NCBI GenBank assembly: GCA_018992565.1
Contig: JACVGW010000005.1
Location: 1-64,000, forward strand
Direction of reading: 5' to 3'
DNA: 64,000 nucleotides
DNA from: Theionarchaea archaeon
GTDB lineage: Archaea; Methanobacteriota_B; Thermococci; Methanofastidiosales; SZ-28-30
This document shows positions 19,129 through 28,220 of the stretch, piece by piece. The notes beneath the pieces were generated by a model. The model ran no database searches. It saw only the letters and a program-made list of their open reading frames with translations, and was not told the origin of the DNA. Every line of letters starts with the position of its first letter. Position 1 is the first letter of the stretch. The translations under genes and the position numbers were made by a program.

Positions 19129-20099
19129 TTTTTCATCACCTTTCTTCTCAACAGGGATATTGGTAAGGTGTACCGATAGAATGTTCCCAGGGGATCCTTT
19201 ATCTGGTCTATCAGGGCTTCGACTTCCTTTTCTGTCATGCGTTCTTCTCCTTCCACGCCCAGAATAGATGCTATTGCAGACACCAGCTTTGCTCCCTGAT
19301 CAGTCACCTCGGGAGTGGGGCCCATGCATCCTCTACAGGGCATGTTGGCTTTAATGCAGCGCGCTCCACATCCTGCACGGGTATTGATCCCCATGCACAC
19401 AATACCCTGTTCCAGCAAGCATCTCTTGCCATCAGGAATGACCTGGTAGGGTCGCTTTATGAAGGGGATTTTCTTCTCTTGGATTTCCAGGGGACACTCC
19501 TCGCACAAAGCTTTCTCGGGGGCCAGTGTGCTCCCTTTGGGAGGCAGGGTTCCCTCGAAAATGGCAGTGAGTGCCTGTTCGATCAGCTCTGGGGTAGGGG
19601 GACATCCAGGCAGGAAGTAGTCTACGTCACAAACCTGGTGCAGTGCCTTGACTGTATCAAAGAATTGTGGGAGAGTCAGCTCTCCTTCGGGGGCACTGTA
19701 AGTCTCTTGAGGTGTCGTCTCATCAGGGTTGGATACAGACGGCAGTTCTTTGTACACCAAATTGAAGATCTCGTCTCTATCAGAAACATTTGCCAGTCCG
19801 GGTATTCCTCCAAAACAGGCGCAGGCTCCAAATGCAACCAATGTCTTGGACTTTGCACGGAGCAGGTGTGCCATTTCTTCATGTTCACTGGTTCTGATTG
19901 CACCATTGAAGAAACACACATCAATATACTTGTCTTGGAATGCTTCCACATCTTTGTACTTGATGTCAAGTGCTACTGGCCAGAAGACAATGTCTGCCTT
20001 TTCCACCACATCCAGTATCTTCTCGTCAATATCCAGAACTGCAATTTCACAGCCGCCGCAGGAGGCAGCCCAGTAGAAAGCAAACTTCAGTTTGTCCAT
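19125..20099 (-). CDS. mvhG: [NiFe]-hydrogenase small subunit
   Basis: SCGGCE, GACAC, PGCPP, CEEC, CRGC. Confidence 0.93.
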   Translation of the reverse strand: MDKLKFAFYWAASCGGCEIAVLDIDEKILDVVEKADIVFWPVALDIKYKDVEAFQDKYIDVCFFNGAIRTSEHEEMAHLLRAKSKTLVAFGACACFGGIPGLANVSDRDEIFNLVYKELPSVSNPDETTPQETYSAPEGELTLPQFFDTVKALHQVCDVDYFLPGCPPTPELIEQALTAIFEGTLPPKGSTLAPEKALCEECPLEIQEKKIPFIKRPYQVIPDGKRCLLEQGIVCMGINTRAGCGARCIKANMPCRGCMGPTPEVTDQGAKLVSAIASILGVEGEERMTEKEVEALIDQIKDPLGTFYRYTLPISLLRRKVMKK

Positions 20100-20510
20100 C
20101 TAATCACCAGCTCCCAGCTGTATGGGTCCAAGGGTTCTCAGTTCTTCAGTCATCTCCGTCACTACCTGTGCGAATTTTCCACCTTCAGCTGAAGAACACC
20201 ACTCCAGCCTCAGCCTGCGTGGGTCAATGCCGAACTGCTCCAGCATTTTGCGCATTAGTACGTACTTCCTCTCTGTTTTGTAGTTGCCTGAAATGTAATG
20301 GCAGTCTCCGGGATGGCATCCTGCAATGAGAACCCCGTCTGCACCGTTGACAAATGCCCGCAGCACATGTTCAGGGTCTATTCTGCTGGAACACATGACC
20401 CGGATCGCCCTCATGTTAGAGGGATACTGTATCCTTGAAGTCCCTGCCAGATCTGCAGCTGCATATGAACACCAGTTGCACAAGAATCCAATAATTTTTG
20501 GTTCATACAT
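20100..20510 (-). CDS. mvhD: Hydrogenase [2Fe-2S] subunit MvhD
   Basis: FLCNWCSY, RVMCSSR, GCHPGDCHY. Confidence 0.95.
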   Translation of the reverse strand: MYEPKIIGFLCNWCSYAAADLAGTSRIQYPSNMRAIRVMCSSRIDPEHVLRAFVNGADGVLIAGCHPGDCHYISGNYKTERKYVLMRKMLEQFGIDPRRLRLEWCSSAEGGKFAQVVTEMTEELRTLGPIQLGAGD

Positions 20511-20512
20511 GG

Positions 20513-23482
20513 TTATCGCCTCACAAAGGCCTCAATCATGGAACTTAATTGGTTATCACGGAAGTGTCTCTGCTGAGCTGCTCCAGAAGGACACGCAGCA
20601 ACACAGGAACCACACCCTTTGCAGAGCACTTCATTGACCTTGACTATGTTCTCTTCCTCATCCAATTCACGTGCATTATACGGGCACATTGGTATGCATA
20701 CCTGGCACCCGCAGCAGAGTTCTTCATCAACTTCTGCAATGATTGGTTCTGTTTCTATTCTCTCCTTTGAGATGATAGTACAGGCCCGGGCAACTGCTCC
20801 GTATGCCTGAGAGATCGTCTCATCAATAAACTTGGGAGAGTGCGCCAGCCCTGCCATGAATACTCCGTCTGTGGCAAAGTCCACAGGGCGCAGTTTCATG
20901 TGGGCCTCCAAGAAGAATCCGTCTCTATCAAGTGGGACTTTGAGCATCTGAGAGAGGGCTGAGTTATCGTAGGGGGATACTCCCGTGGAAAGTACAACCA
21001 GGTCAGGATGCAGTTCAAAGTCAAGATCCAGAGCAGCGTCATGTGCATATAATACCAATGATTCACCCTTCTTTTCCAGTCTGGGTTTCGTCTCAGGATC
21101 ATACCTCATGAATACAATGCCATTTTCCCGTGCCCTGTCGTAGTACTGCTCTCTGAAGGCATAGGTTCGCATGTCCCTGTACAATATGTACACATTAGTA
21201 TCTGGATTCTTCTCTTTCAGCTTCAAAGCGTTTTTTACAGCTTCTGAACAGCATACTCTGGAGCAGTACTCCTTGGTGTCGTCTCTGGATTCCACACAGT
21301 TTATCATCACCACTGTCTTCGCTTTCACTCCTTTTGAGAGCATGTCCTCAAATTCCAGCTGAGTGACCACCCTCTCATCCTTTCCATAGAGATAACTGGC
21401 GGGCTTGTGCTCCTGTCCTCCCACAGCCACCACACAGATTCCATGGCGGATTTCCTCTCCTGAGGACAGTGCTGTGGTGAAATTCCCCACATACCCATCT
21501 ATCCTCTCCACAGTTGTTCCGGTGTGGATATGGACATTGGGGTGATCCCGGAGGCTCTGTTCCAGTGTGGCAAGATACTCCTGGGGGTCTTCTCCACTCA
21601 TAGTGAACCGTATGCTGCGCAGCAGTCCTCCCAGATGATCCTCCTTTTCCACCAGGTGCACGGTGAATCCCTGCTGAGCCAGACCTAATGCTGCTGTCAT
21701 TCCTGCAATACCGCCTCCAATAACCAGACCTGATTGTGTGACCTCCACGGATGAGCTCTTCAAGGGCTCCAGCAAGTTGGATTTGGCCACTGCCATTCTC
21801 ACCAGGTCTTTGGCCTTTTCTGTGGCTTCTTCTGGGGTATGCATGTGAACCCAGGAACACTGGTCTCTGATATTCGTCATCTCAAAGAGGTATGGATTCA
21901 GCCCAGCTTCCCGAATGGTACTCTGGAACAGCGGTTCGTGCGTCCGGGGTGTACAGGAAGCAACCACCACACGGTTCAGGTTGTGTTCTTCTACTGCCTG
22001 TTTGATCTTCTCCTGGGTATCCTGTGAACACGTATAGAGGTTCTGGTCAACAAACACTACGTTGGGAAGCGTGGAGGCATACTCCATCACCTCAGGCACA
22101 TTGACAATGCCGCCGATGTTGATGCCGCACCAGCACACAAAGACACCTATACGGGGCTGCTGTTCTGCAACATCGATCTCCTGAGGATAGACTTTTTCTT
22201 CCACGAGGGTGCCTCGTTCTCCAGAAATTACACCTGATGCCATGGCTGCAGCACCTGATGCCTGAGCTACAGTATCGGGAATGTCCTTTGGACCAGAGAA
22301 GGCTCCACAGGCATATATGCCTTCCTTTGCCTTGAGGGGCTCGAATATTTTCCAATCCAGGAATCCATAGTCATTCAGAGGAACACCAAAAACCGTGCTC
22401 AGCTCCTGGCTGGACTTTGGCGGCTCCAGCCCCACGGAGAGAACTACCATATCGAATTCCGCTTTCGTTATAGTGCCATCTTCTGTTTCATAGGTAAGAA
22501 GGAGATTCTGAGTCTCTGGGTTTTCTTCAATACAGGGTACGCGGCTTCGTATGTATGAAAGACCATATTCAGACTGGGCTCTCTGGTAGAACTGCTCGAA
22601 CCCTTTTCCGTAAGTACGCATATCCATGAAAAAGATGGTGGCTTCAAGGTCTGGGTTATGTTCTTTGGCGATGATGGCTTCTTTTGTGGCGTACATGCAG
22701 CAGACAGCAGAGCAGTACTTGTTGCTTTTTTCATCTCTGGAGCCCACACATTGTAGAAATGCTATCCTTTTCGGGATTTCACCATCAGATGGTCTCACCA
22801 CATGACCCGCAAAGGGACCTGAGGCACTGAGGATGCGCTCGAATTCCGTAGCAGTAACCACGTTCTTGAACCTACCATACCCGTATTCCTTCTTGGTATC
22901 AGGTTCGAATTCATCAAACCCAGCTGCCAGGATAATGGCACCCACATTTACTTTCTCTTCTGAAGGCGTCTGGTCATATTCAATGGCTTCTGCCTGGCAG
23001 ATATTCTCGCACAGTCCACATCCAATGCACTTTTCCCTGTCTATAGCGTACACGAGGGGAACTGCCTGAGGATAATCCACATAGATACCTCTGCGCAGAG
23101 TGAGCCGTTCATCATATTCATTGACTGCTTCTACAGGGCAGTACTGAGCACACAATCCACATCCCGTGCATTTTTCCGCGTTAACAAAGCGGGGGTTCAT
23201 CTTGACAGTCACTGTGAAGTTGCCTGGGTTACCTTCTACGTTGATGATGTCTGCATTGGTGAGCAGGTGGATATTATGGTGCCTTCCCGTGGCCACCAGC
23301 TTGGGAGCCATGATACACATAGAGCAGTCCAGTGTGGGGAATGTCTTGTCCAGTTGGGCCATGACTCCACCAATGGTGGGTGCTTTGTCTACCAGATAAA
23401 CACGAAATCCAGAATCTGCAAGATCCAGAGATGCCTGCATTCCTGCAATTCCTCCTCCAACTACCATCACAGAGCCTACCAT
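20513..23482 (-). CDS. hdrA: Large (989 aa) HdrA-like protein with two FAD-binding modules
   Basis: Two GGGIAG motifs, KTFPTLDC, QCVGSR/YCSAVCC and NCVESR/YCSRVCC, internal and C-terminal ferredoxin domains. Confidence 0.92.
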   Translation of the reverse strand: MVGSVMVVGGGIAGMQASLDLADSGFRVYLVDKAPTIGGVMAQLDKTFPTLDCSMCIMAPKLVATGRHHNIHLLTNADIINVEGNPGNFTVTVKMNPRFVNAEKCTGCGLCAQYCPVEAVNEYDERLTLRRGIYVDYPQAVPLVYAIDREKCIGCGLCENICQAEAIEYDQTPSEEKVNVGAIILAAGFDEFEPDTKKEYGYGRFKNVVTATEFERILSASGPFAGHVVRPSDGEIPKRIAFLQCVGSRDEKSNKYCSAVCCMYATKEAIIAKEHNPDLEATIFFMDMRTYGKGFEQFYQRAQSEYGLSYIRSRVPCIEENPETQNLLLTYETEDGTITKAEFDMVVLSVGLEPPKSSQELSTVFGVPLNDYGFLDWKIFEPLKAKEGIYACGAFSGPKDIPDTVAQASGAAAMASGVISGERGTLVEEKVYPQEIDVAEQQPRIGVFVCWCGINIGGIVNVPEVMEYASTLPNVVFVDQNLYTCSQDTQEKIKQAVEEHNLNRVVVASCTPRTHEPLFQSTIREAGLNPYLFEMTNIRDQCSWVHMHTPEEATEKAKDLVRMAVAKSNLLEPLKSSSVEVTQSGLVIGGGIAGMTAALGLAQQGFTVHLVEKEDHLGGLLRSIRFTMSGEDPQEYLATLEQSLRDHPNVHIHTGTTVERIDGYVGNFTTALSSGEEIRHGICVVAVGGQEHKPASYLYGKDERVVTQLEFEDMLSKGVKAKTVVMINCVESRDDTKEYCSRVCCSEAVKNALKLKEKNPDTNVYILYRDMRTYAFREQYYDRARENGIVFMRYDPETKPRLEKKGESLVLYAHDAALDLDFELHPDLVVLSTGVSPYDNSALSQMLKVPLDRDGFFLEAHMKLRPVDFATDGVFMAGLAHSPKFIDETISQAYGAVARACTIISKERIETEPIIAEVDEELCCGCQVCIPMCPYNARELDEEENIVKVNEVLCKGCGSCVAACPSGAAQQRHFRDNQLSSMIEAFVRR

Positions 23483-24415
23483 GCGCTCACCTCGTATCGG
23501 ATGGGATGGCCTTCAACCATCTGCACTTTCTGCCCTCTTCGCAGGTGAATCAAATTCTCCACAACCACGTGAGAAGGAAGTTCAAGCATCTCTGCCAGTT
23601 CTTTAGCTGACATGGAGTGATCCATCAGTGCTGTGAGAATGGAAGTTCTCACGTACTGAGCAGTAACGACATCATCCAAAAGGATCTCAAAAGTCGATTC
23701 TTCAACAGGTTCGCCAAATACATTCCCTTCTTCCAGCAGGTCTTTCTCTCTCCCCACCAGCCATCGTATCCTGAAGTCTGCAGNNNNNNNNNNNNNNNNN
23801 NNNNNNNNNNNNNNNNNNNNNNNNNNNNNNNNNNNNNNNNNNNNNNNNNNNNNNNNNNNNNNNNNNNNNNNNNNNNNNNNNNNTCTCAAAAGTCGATTCT
23901 TCAACAGGTTCGCCAAATACATTCCCTTCTTCCAGCAGGTCTTTCTCTCTCCCCACCAGCCATCGTATCCTGAAGTCTGCAGTTTCCTCCTTGGCTGTGG
24001 CAATCTTGCGAGGATCAGCGCGCAGCGGGCCCAGCTCTGTAATCATCTGAGTGAATGCATTGACAACATCAGCAAACCGCTGTCCTTCTGCTGCAGAGAT
24101 CCATTCCAGCCCCAGCCTCTTCTGGTCTATTCCTGCTTTGCTCAGTATTTTCCAGGTAGCTTTGATTTTCTTTTCTGCCTGATAGTTGCCTGAGATGTAG
24201 TGGCAGTCTCCCGGATGACACCCAGCAACCAAGACACCATCTGCACCTTTCTCAAATGCTGTCAGGACCACGTAAGGGTCAACCCGACCGGAACACAGGA
24301 CTCTGATGATCCTCAGATTGGGAGCATATTTTATCCTGGAAATTCCAGCCAGATCTGCTCCTGCATATGAACACCAGTTGCACATGAACCCTACAATCTT
24401 AGGAGAGAAGGTCAC
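23476..24415 (-). CDS. mvhD: MvhD fused to a C-terminal winged-HTH-like domain (about 246 aa after gap correction)
   Basis: CNWCSY, CSGR and GCHPGDCHY. Bases 23685-23783 duplicate 23884-23982 across the N gap; removing 199 nt gives an intact 741-nt frame. Confidence 0.85.
23685..23982. other. Assembly gap (23784-23883) flanked by an exact 99-nt duplication; assembly artefact
   Basis: Identical 99-mers on both sides of 100 Ns, as expected from a k-mer overlap. Confidence 0.9.
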
Positions 24416-26394
24416 AAGATCACCTCAGGTTCCAGAGCAGCAGTAACCTGGGCCAGCAATTGTCCATCTGTGAAGTGACGGATTGTCACTGCTTTCTGAG
24501 GACAGCTTGCTGCACAGACACCACATCCCTGGCAGGCTACTTCAATGACCTGGGCTTTCATTCCTTCTTCTGTTCTCTTTACTTCAATAGCTCCATAGTC
24601 ACAGTTGTCCTCGCATAGTCCGCACCCAATACACAGTTCTTCATCCACTGTAGCCCTCACTGGCTCAAGTTCAATCTCATCTTTGGTCAGTAAGGCCGCT
24701 GCCATGGCTGCTGCACCTCCTGATTGTGCTACTGTATCAGGAATATCCTTGGGGAATTGAACACATCCAGTAAGAAACACTCCTGGGATACTCGTTTCTG
24801 CAGGACGCAGTTTTGGATGCGCCTCCATGATGAATCCATCAGGACTTCGCGACAGATGCAGCATCTGTGTGAGCTCCTCCAGTGCTTCAGGTGGACGCAG
24901 CCCGCATGCTAACACTACAAGGTCAAGGGTATTGCGCAGGATAAGCCCGGAATCTGTGTCTTCTGACACAATGATGAGGTTCTGATTGTTATCTTCTTCA
25001 ATTTCCCCTGGTTTTCCCCTGATGAATACGATTCCCTGTTCACGCCCTCTCTGATAGAACTCCTCGAATCCTTTCCCAGGGGTCCGCATGTCAGTGTAGT
25101 ACACATAAATCTCAGCTTCAGGGTATTTCTCCCTGAGCATGGTGGCCTGCTTTACCGTGGCCATGCAGCAGATGCGGGAGCAGTATCCTGCCCCTTCCTG
25201 TTCATCTCGAGAGCCCACGCACTGGATGAACCCTATCTTCTGAGGGGGGTTTCCATCTGAAGGTCTCACCACCTTTCCATGGGTGGGACCATCTGCACTG
25301 ACCCACCTTTCGAAGTCCATGTTGGTGATGACATTGGGATACCTCCCGTATCCGTACTCCTTTTTCTGAGTGGCATCATACAGCTCAAATCCTGTGGCTA
25401 CAATAATGGCCCCAACATTGAGCTCTCTCACTGACTCTGTCTGATCAAAGTCAATAGCATCGTTGGGGCAATTCTTCTGGCACAGCATGCATCCTCCCTT
25501 GGTGAGATGCAAACAGTGGTCAGCATCTATGAGGTAGTAATTGGGGACTGCCTGCGGGAACGGTATATACACGGCCTTCCTTTTTTTCAACCCAACGTTA
25601 AACTCATCGGGCAGCGAGACAGGGCATTTTTCAGCACATACTCCACACAGCCGACAGTTCTCCTTTATAACATACCGGGGATTGCTCTTTACAGTAACAT
25701 GGAAATTGCCTGCGTATCCTGAAACATCTTGGATGTCTGCATATGTAATGAGTTCGATATTTTCATGTTTTCCCACATCCGCCATTCTTGGAGAAAGAAT
25801 GCACAGACTGCAGTCCAGAGTGGGAAACGTTTTGTCCAGCTGGGCCATGTGTCCTCCAATGGACGGCTTTTTCTCGACCACGTACGTCTTGATTCCTGCA
25901 TTTGCCAGGTACAGGGCAGAGAAAATACCAGCCACACCCCCTCCAACTACCAGTGCAGCCTTATTAACAGCCGATTTCTGCTTTTCCAGTGGTTCCAGCA
26001 GCTGAACTTTTGCCACTGCCATTCTCACCAGGTCTTTGGCCTTTTCTGTGGCCTGTTCCTTGTCAGTGTGGACCCAGGAACACTGTTCTCTGATATTGAC
26101 CATCTCAAACAGGTATGGGTTCAGTCCTGCAGTCTCGCAGGTTTTCATGAAGGTGTCACCGTGCATGCGCGGACTACAGGAGGCAACCACCACCCGGTTC
26201 AGGTTATGAGTTTCTATATCTTCCTGTATGGATCGCTGACCGTTGTCACTGCACGTGTAGGTTGATTCTCTGGAAACCACAACGCCCGGCAGGGTCTGGG
26301 CATACGTAGCTACTGCAGCAACGTCCACCACTGCACCAATATTCAGGCCGCAATGGCACACATATACTCCTATTCGAGGTTCATTCTTGCTCAT
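24412..26394 (-). CDS. hdrA: Heterodisulfide reductase subunit A (canonical, about 660 aa)
   Basis: RIGVYVCHCG, SCSPRMH, REQCSWVH, GGGVAG, KTFPTLDCSLC, QCVGSR, C-terminal 2x[4Fe-4S]. Confidence 0.95.
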   Translation of the reverse strand: MSKNEPRIGVYVCHCGLNIGAVVDVAAVATYAQTLPGVVVSRESTYTCSDNGQRSIQEDIETHNLNRVVVASCSPRMHGDTFMKTCETAGLNPYLFEMVNIREQCSWVHTDKEQATEKAKDLVRMAVAKVQLLEPLEKQKSAVNKAALVVGGGVAGIFSALYLANAGIKTYVVEKKPSIGGHMAQLDKTFPTLDCSLCILSPRMADVGKHENIELITYADIQDVSGYAGNFHVTVKSNPRYVIKENCRLCGVCAEKCPVSLPDEFNVGLKKRKAVYIPFPQAVPNYYLIDADHCLHLTKGGCMLCQKNCPNDAIDFDQTESVRELNVGAIIVATGFELYDATQKKEYGYGRYPNVITNMDFERWVSADGPTHGKVVRPSDGNPPQKIGFIQCVGSRDEQEGAGYCSRICCMATVKQATMLREKYPEAEIYVYYTDMRTPGKGFEEFYQRGREQGIVFIRGKPGEIEEDNNQNLIIVSEDTDSGLILRNTLDLVVLACGLRPPEALEELTQMLHLSRSPDGFIMEAHPKLRPAETSIPGVFLTGCVQFPKDIPDTVAQSGGAAAMAAALLTKDEIELEPVRATVDEELCIGCGLCEDNCDYGAIEVKRTEEGMKAQVIEVACQGCGVCAASCPQKAVTIRHFTDGQLLAQVTAALEPEVIL

Positions 26395-27256
26395 TGCCGT
26401 CACCCAGGGTCTTCAATAATTTGCGCACCGATACTCTGTTCAATTTCAGTCCCAGCTCGTCAGGTGTCAGTCCCAGAGCCAGCCCGATCAATTGGGGGAG
26501 GAACAATACAGGAATGCCAAACTGCTCTCCAGCCTGGTTCTCAATCCGCTTCTGATTTATATCGTACATGACATCACAGAAGGGACACACCAAGACCATA
26601 GCATCTGCTCCAGCTTTCTTGATGTGAGACAACTTCTCTCGTACCATCTCCAGAGAAACGCTCTCATCAATTCCCATGACAGACCCTCCACAGCACTGCT
26701 TCTTATTCTCATAGGGAACAGGTGAAGCTCCCACTGCTGAGATGAGTTCCTCCAGACTGTAAGGAACTTCAGGATCTTCGAAGTCTTCATATATCTCTGA
26801 AGGCTTGGTGTAGTGGCATCCATAGTGGGCAGCAACCTTCAGATTCAACGGCGTTGCCATTTCCTTTATGGTGTCCATTGTTTCATACAGTACCCTGGCT
26901 GCGTGTTTTACCACTGTCGTCCCATTGTACTGCCGGTTAATGGGCTTCAGGTTGGCATTGATTTTGTCCCTCGTGGTTTTATCCTGCATTGCCAGGTTGG
27001 CTTTGAGGAGAGAACCATTGCAGGCACTGCACATGGTCATCACAGGCACGTTGGCAGCTTCTGCAACAGCCAGGTTTCTTGCTGCCACTGACAGGTACGT
27101 ATCATGATCAATAGATTCCAGAGGAAATCCACAGCACCCGAAATCTTCCAGGTCCACAAGAGAAATCCCCAGTTTCTTCATGACGTTTCTGGTGGATATC
27201 TCGTACGCCATGGTTCTTACTGGAACAGTACACCCCAAAAATAGTGCATATTTCAC
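26381..27256 (-). CDS. hdrB: Heterodisulfide reductase subunit B
   Basis: Two CCG domains (GCCG...CSAC; HYGCH...CCGG...CPFC). Confidence 0.93.
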   Translation of the reverse strand: MKYALFLGCTVPVRTMAYEISTRNVMKKLGISLVDLEDFGCCGFPLESIDHDTYLSVAARNLAVAEAANVPVMTMCSACNGSLLKANLAMQDKTTRDKINANLKPINRQYNGTTVVKHAARVLYETMDTIKEMATPLNLKVAAHYGCHYTKPSEIYEDFEDPEVPYSLEELISAVGASPVPYENKKQCCGGSVMGIDESVSLEMVREKLSHIKKAGADAMVLVCPFCDVMYDINQKRIENQAGEQFGIPVLFLPQLIGLALGLTPDELGLKLNRVSVRKLLKTLGDGNEQE

Positions 27257-27756
27257 AGCACCACCTTCCCTACGCCAGTACAGCCGTAGATTTCAGCTAT
27301 CTCCCTGTTCTTCTCTTTCACCTTGGGAAGCCCGAGCTTCTCCCTTCTCTCATTCTCAAATTCAGTAACTTCATACAATCGTCCCAGTTCCCCTATCAAT
27401 CGCCCCTGTTCTCTGTAGGCAGGATGTATTGATCCTTCTTTGACTGCGATGTTCCTGATAGCAGCCATGAGATCAGGAATTCTCACATCCTGGGGACAGC
27501 GTTCAGAGCATGTATAACAGGCAGCACAGTACCATACAAAATCCTCTTTCAGGACTACATCCTTCAGTCCTAGAACAGCCATTCTGATAATTCTCCGTGG
27601 GTTGAATTTATCGCTCACAGAAGCCACAGGACAACCAGAGGAACAAGTAGCGCACTGCACACACTTCAGTATGTGTTCTCCTCCCGGTTGGGAAGCGATC
27701 TCATACTTGAATTGGGGATCCAGTTCGTCCATATTAATAATTTCCTTCTTTTTCAT
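27253..27756 (-). CDS. hdrC: Heterodisulfide reductase subunit C
   Basis: CVQCATCSSGCP and CAACYTCSERCP. Confidence 0.93.
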   Translation of the reverse strand: MKKKEIINMDELDPQFKYEIASQPGGEHILKCVQCATCSSGCPVASVSDKFNPRRIIRMAVLGLKDVVLKEDFVWYCAACYTCSERCPQDVRIPDLMAAIRNIAVKEGSIHPAYREQGRLIGELGRLYEVTEFENERREKLGLPKVKEKNREIAEIYGCTGVGKVVL

Positions 27757-28043
27757 TCTCTCGCTCCTTCAAGTACATTTTTCTATTTCTTTGGCTTTGA
27801 GGTCAAAGGTTTAGTCTTCCTTTACATTTATAAATCTTAGCCTTTTAATTTATATAGTTTTCTCTGTAGAAAATGTGAAAATTGATTTCCAATAAGGGGC
27901 GAGAAAGAGGAGGAAGGCAGATGATATGCCTGTTTTTAGAGGCAGTTAGAAAAGTGCCCTAGAAAACGTCGTTGAACAGATTTCACAAAATATTGTTAGA
28001 GTGGGAAGAATGTGTTAAGTAGATTAGAAAAAGGAAAGGAAAA

Positions 28044-28183
28044 CGTGTTTAAAAAAGCGTGTTTGTCGTGTTTGGGAGACCGGTTGCAGAACAACCGGTC
28101 TCGAAGGGGGTGAAAGATCCGTGCCGAAAGGTATTTATAGCTTAGGGACATAGCCTATACATCGGTCCATATACGATATGGAC
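28044..28183. promoter_or_regulatory. Regulatory region: three CGTGTTT repeats, 11-bp perfect inverted repeat, BRE/TATA, 8-bp operator-like palindrome
   Basis: CGTGTTT at 28044, 28058 and 28067; GAGACCGGTTG-cagaa-CAACCGGTCTC at 28076-28102; CCGAAAG g TATTTATA at 28124-28139; GTCCATAT-acg-ATATGGAC at 28165-28183. Confidence 0.6.
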
Positions 28184-28220
28184 ATACATAGCTACGGAGA
28201 AGTAGTATATTAATGTTGGG

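Noticed and set aside
23685..23982. 99-bp direct repeat as a biological duplication or insertion site
   Set aside because: It exactly flanks a 100-N gap, and collapsing it restores the reading frame, so it is an assembly artefact.
17674..27756. Selenocysteine in HdrA, MvhD or MvhA, as in Methanococcales
   Set aside because: All relevant positions are Cys codons in uninterrupted frames; there is no in-frame TGA.
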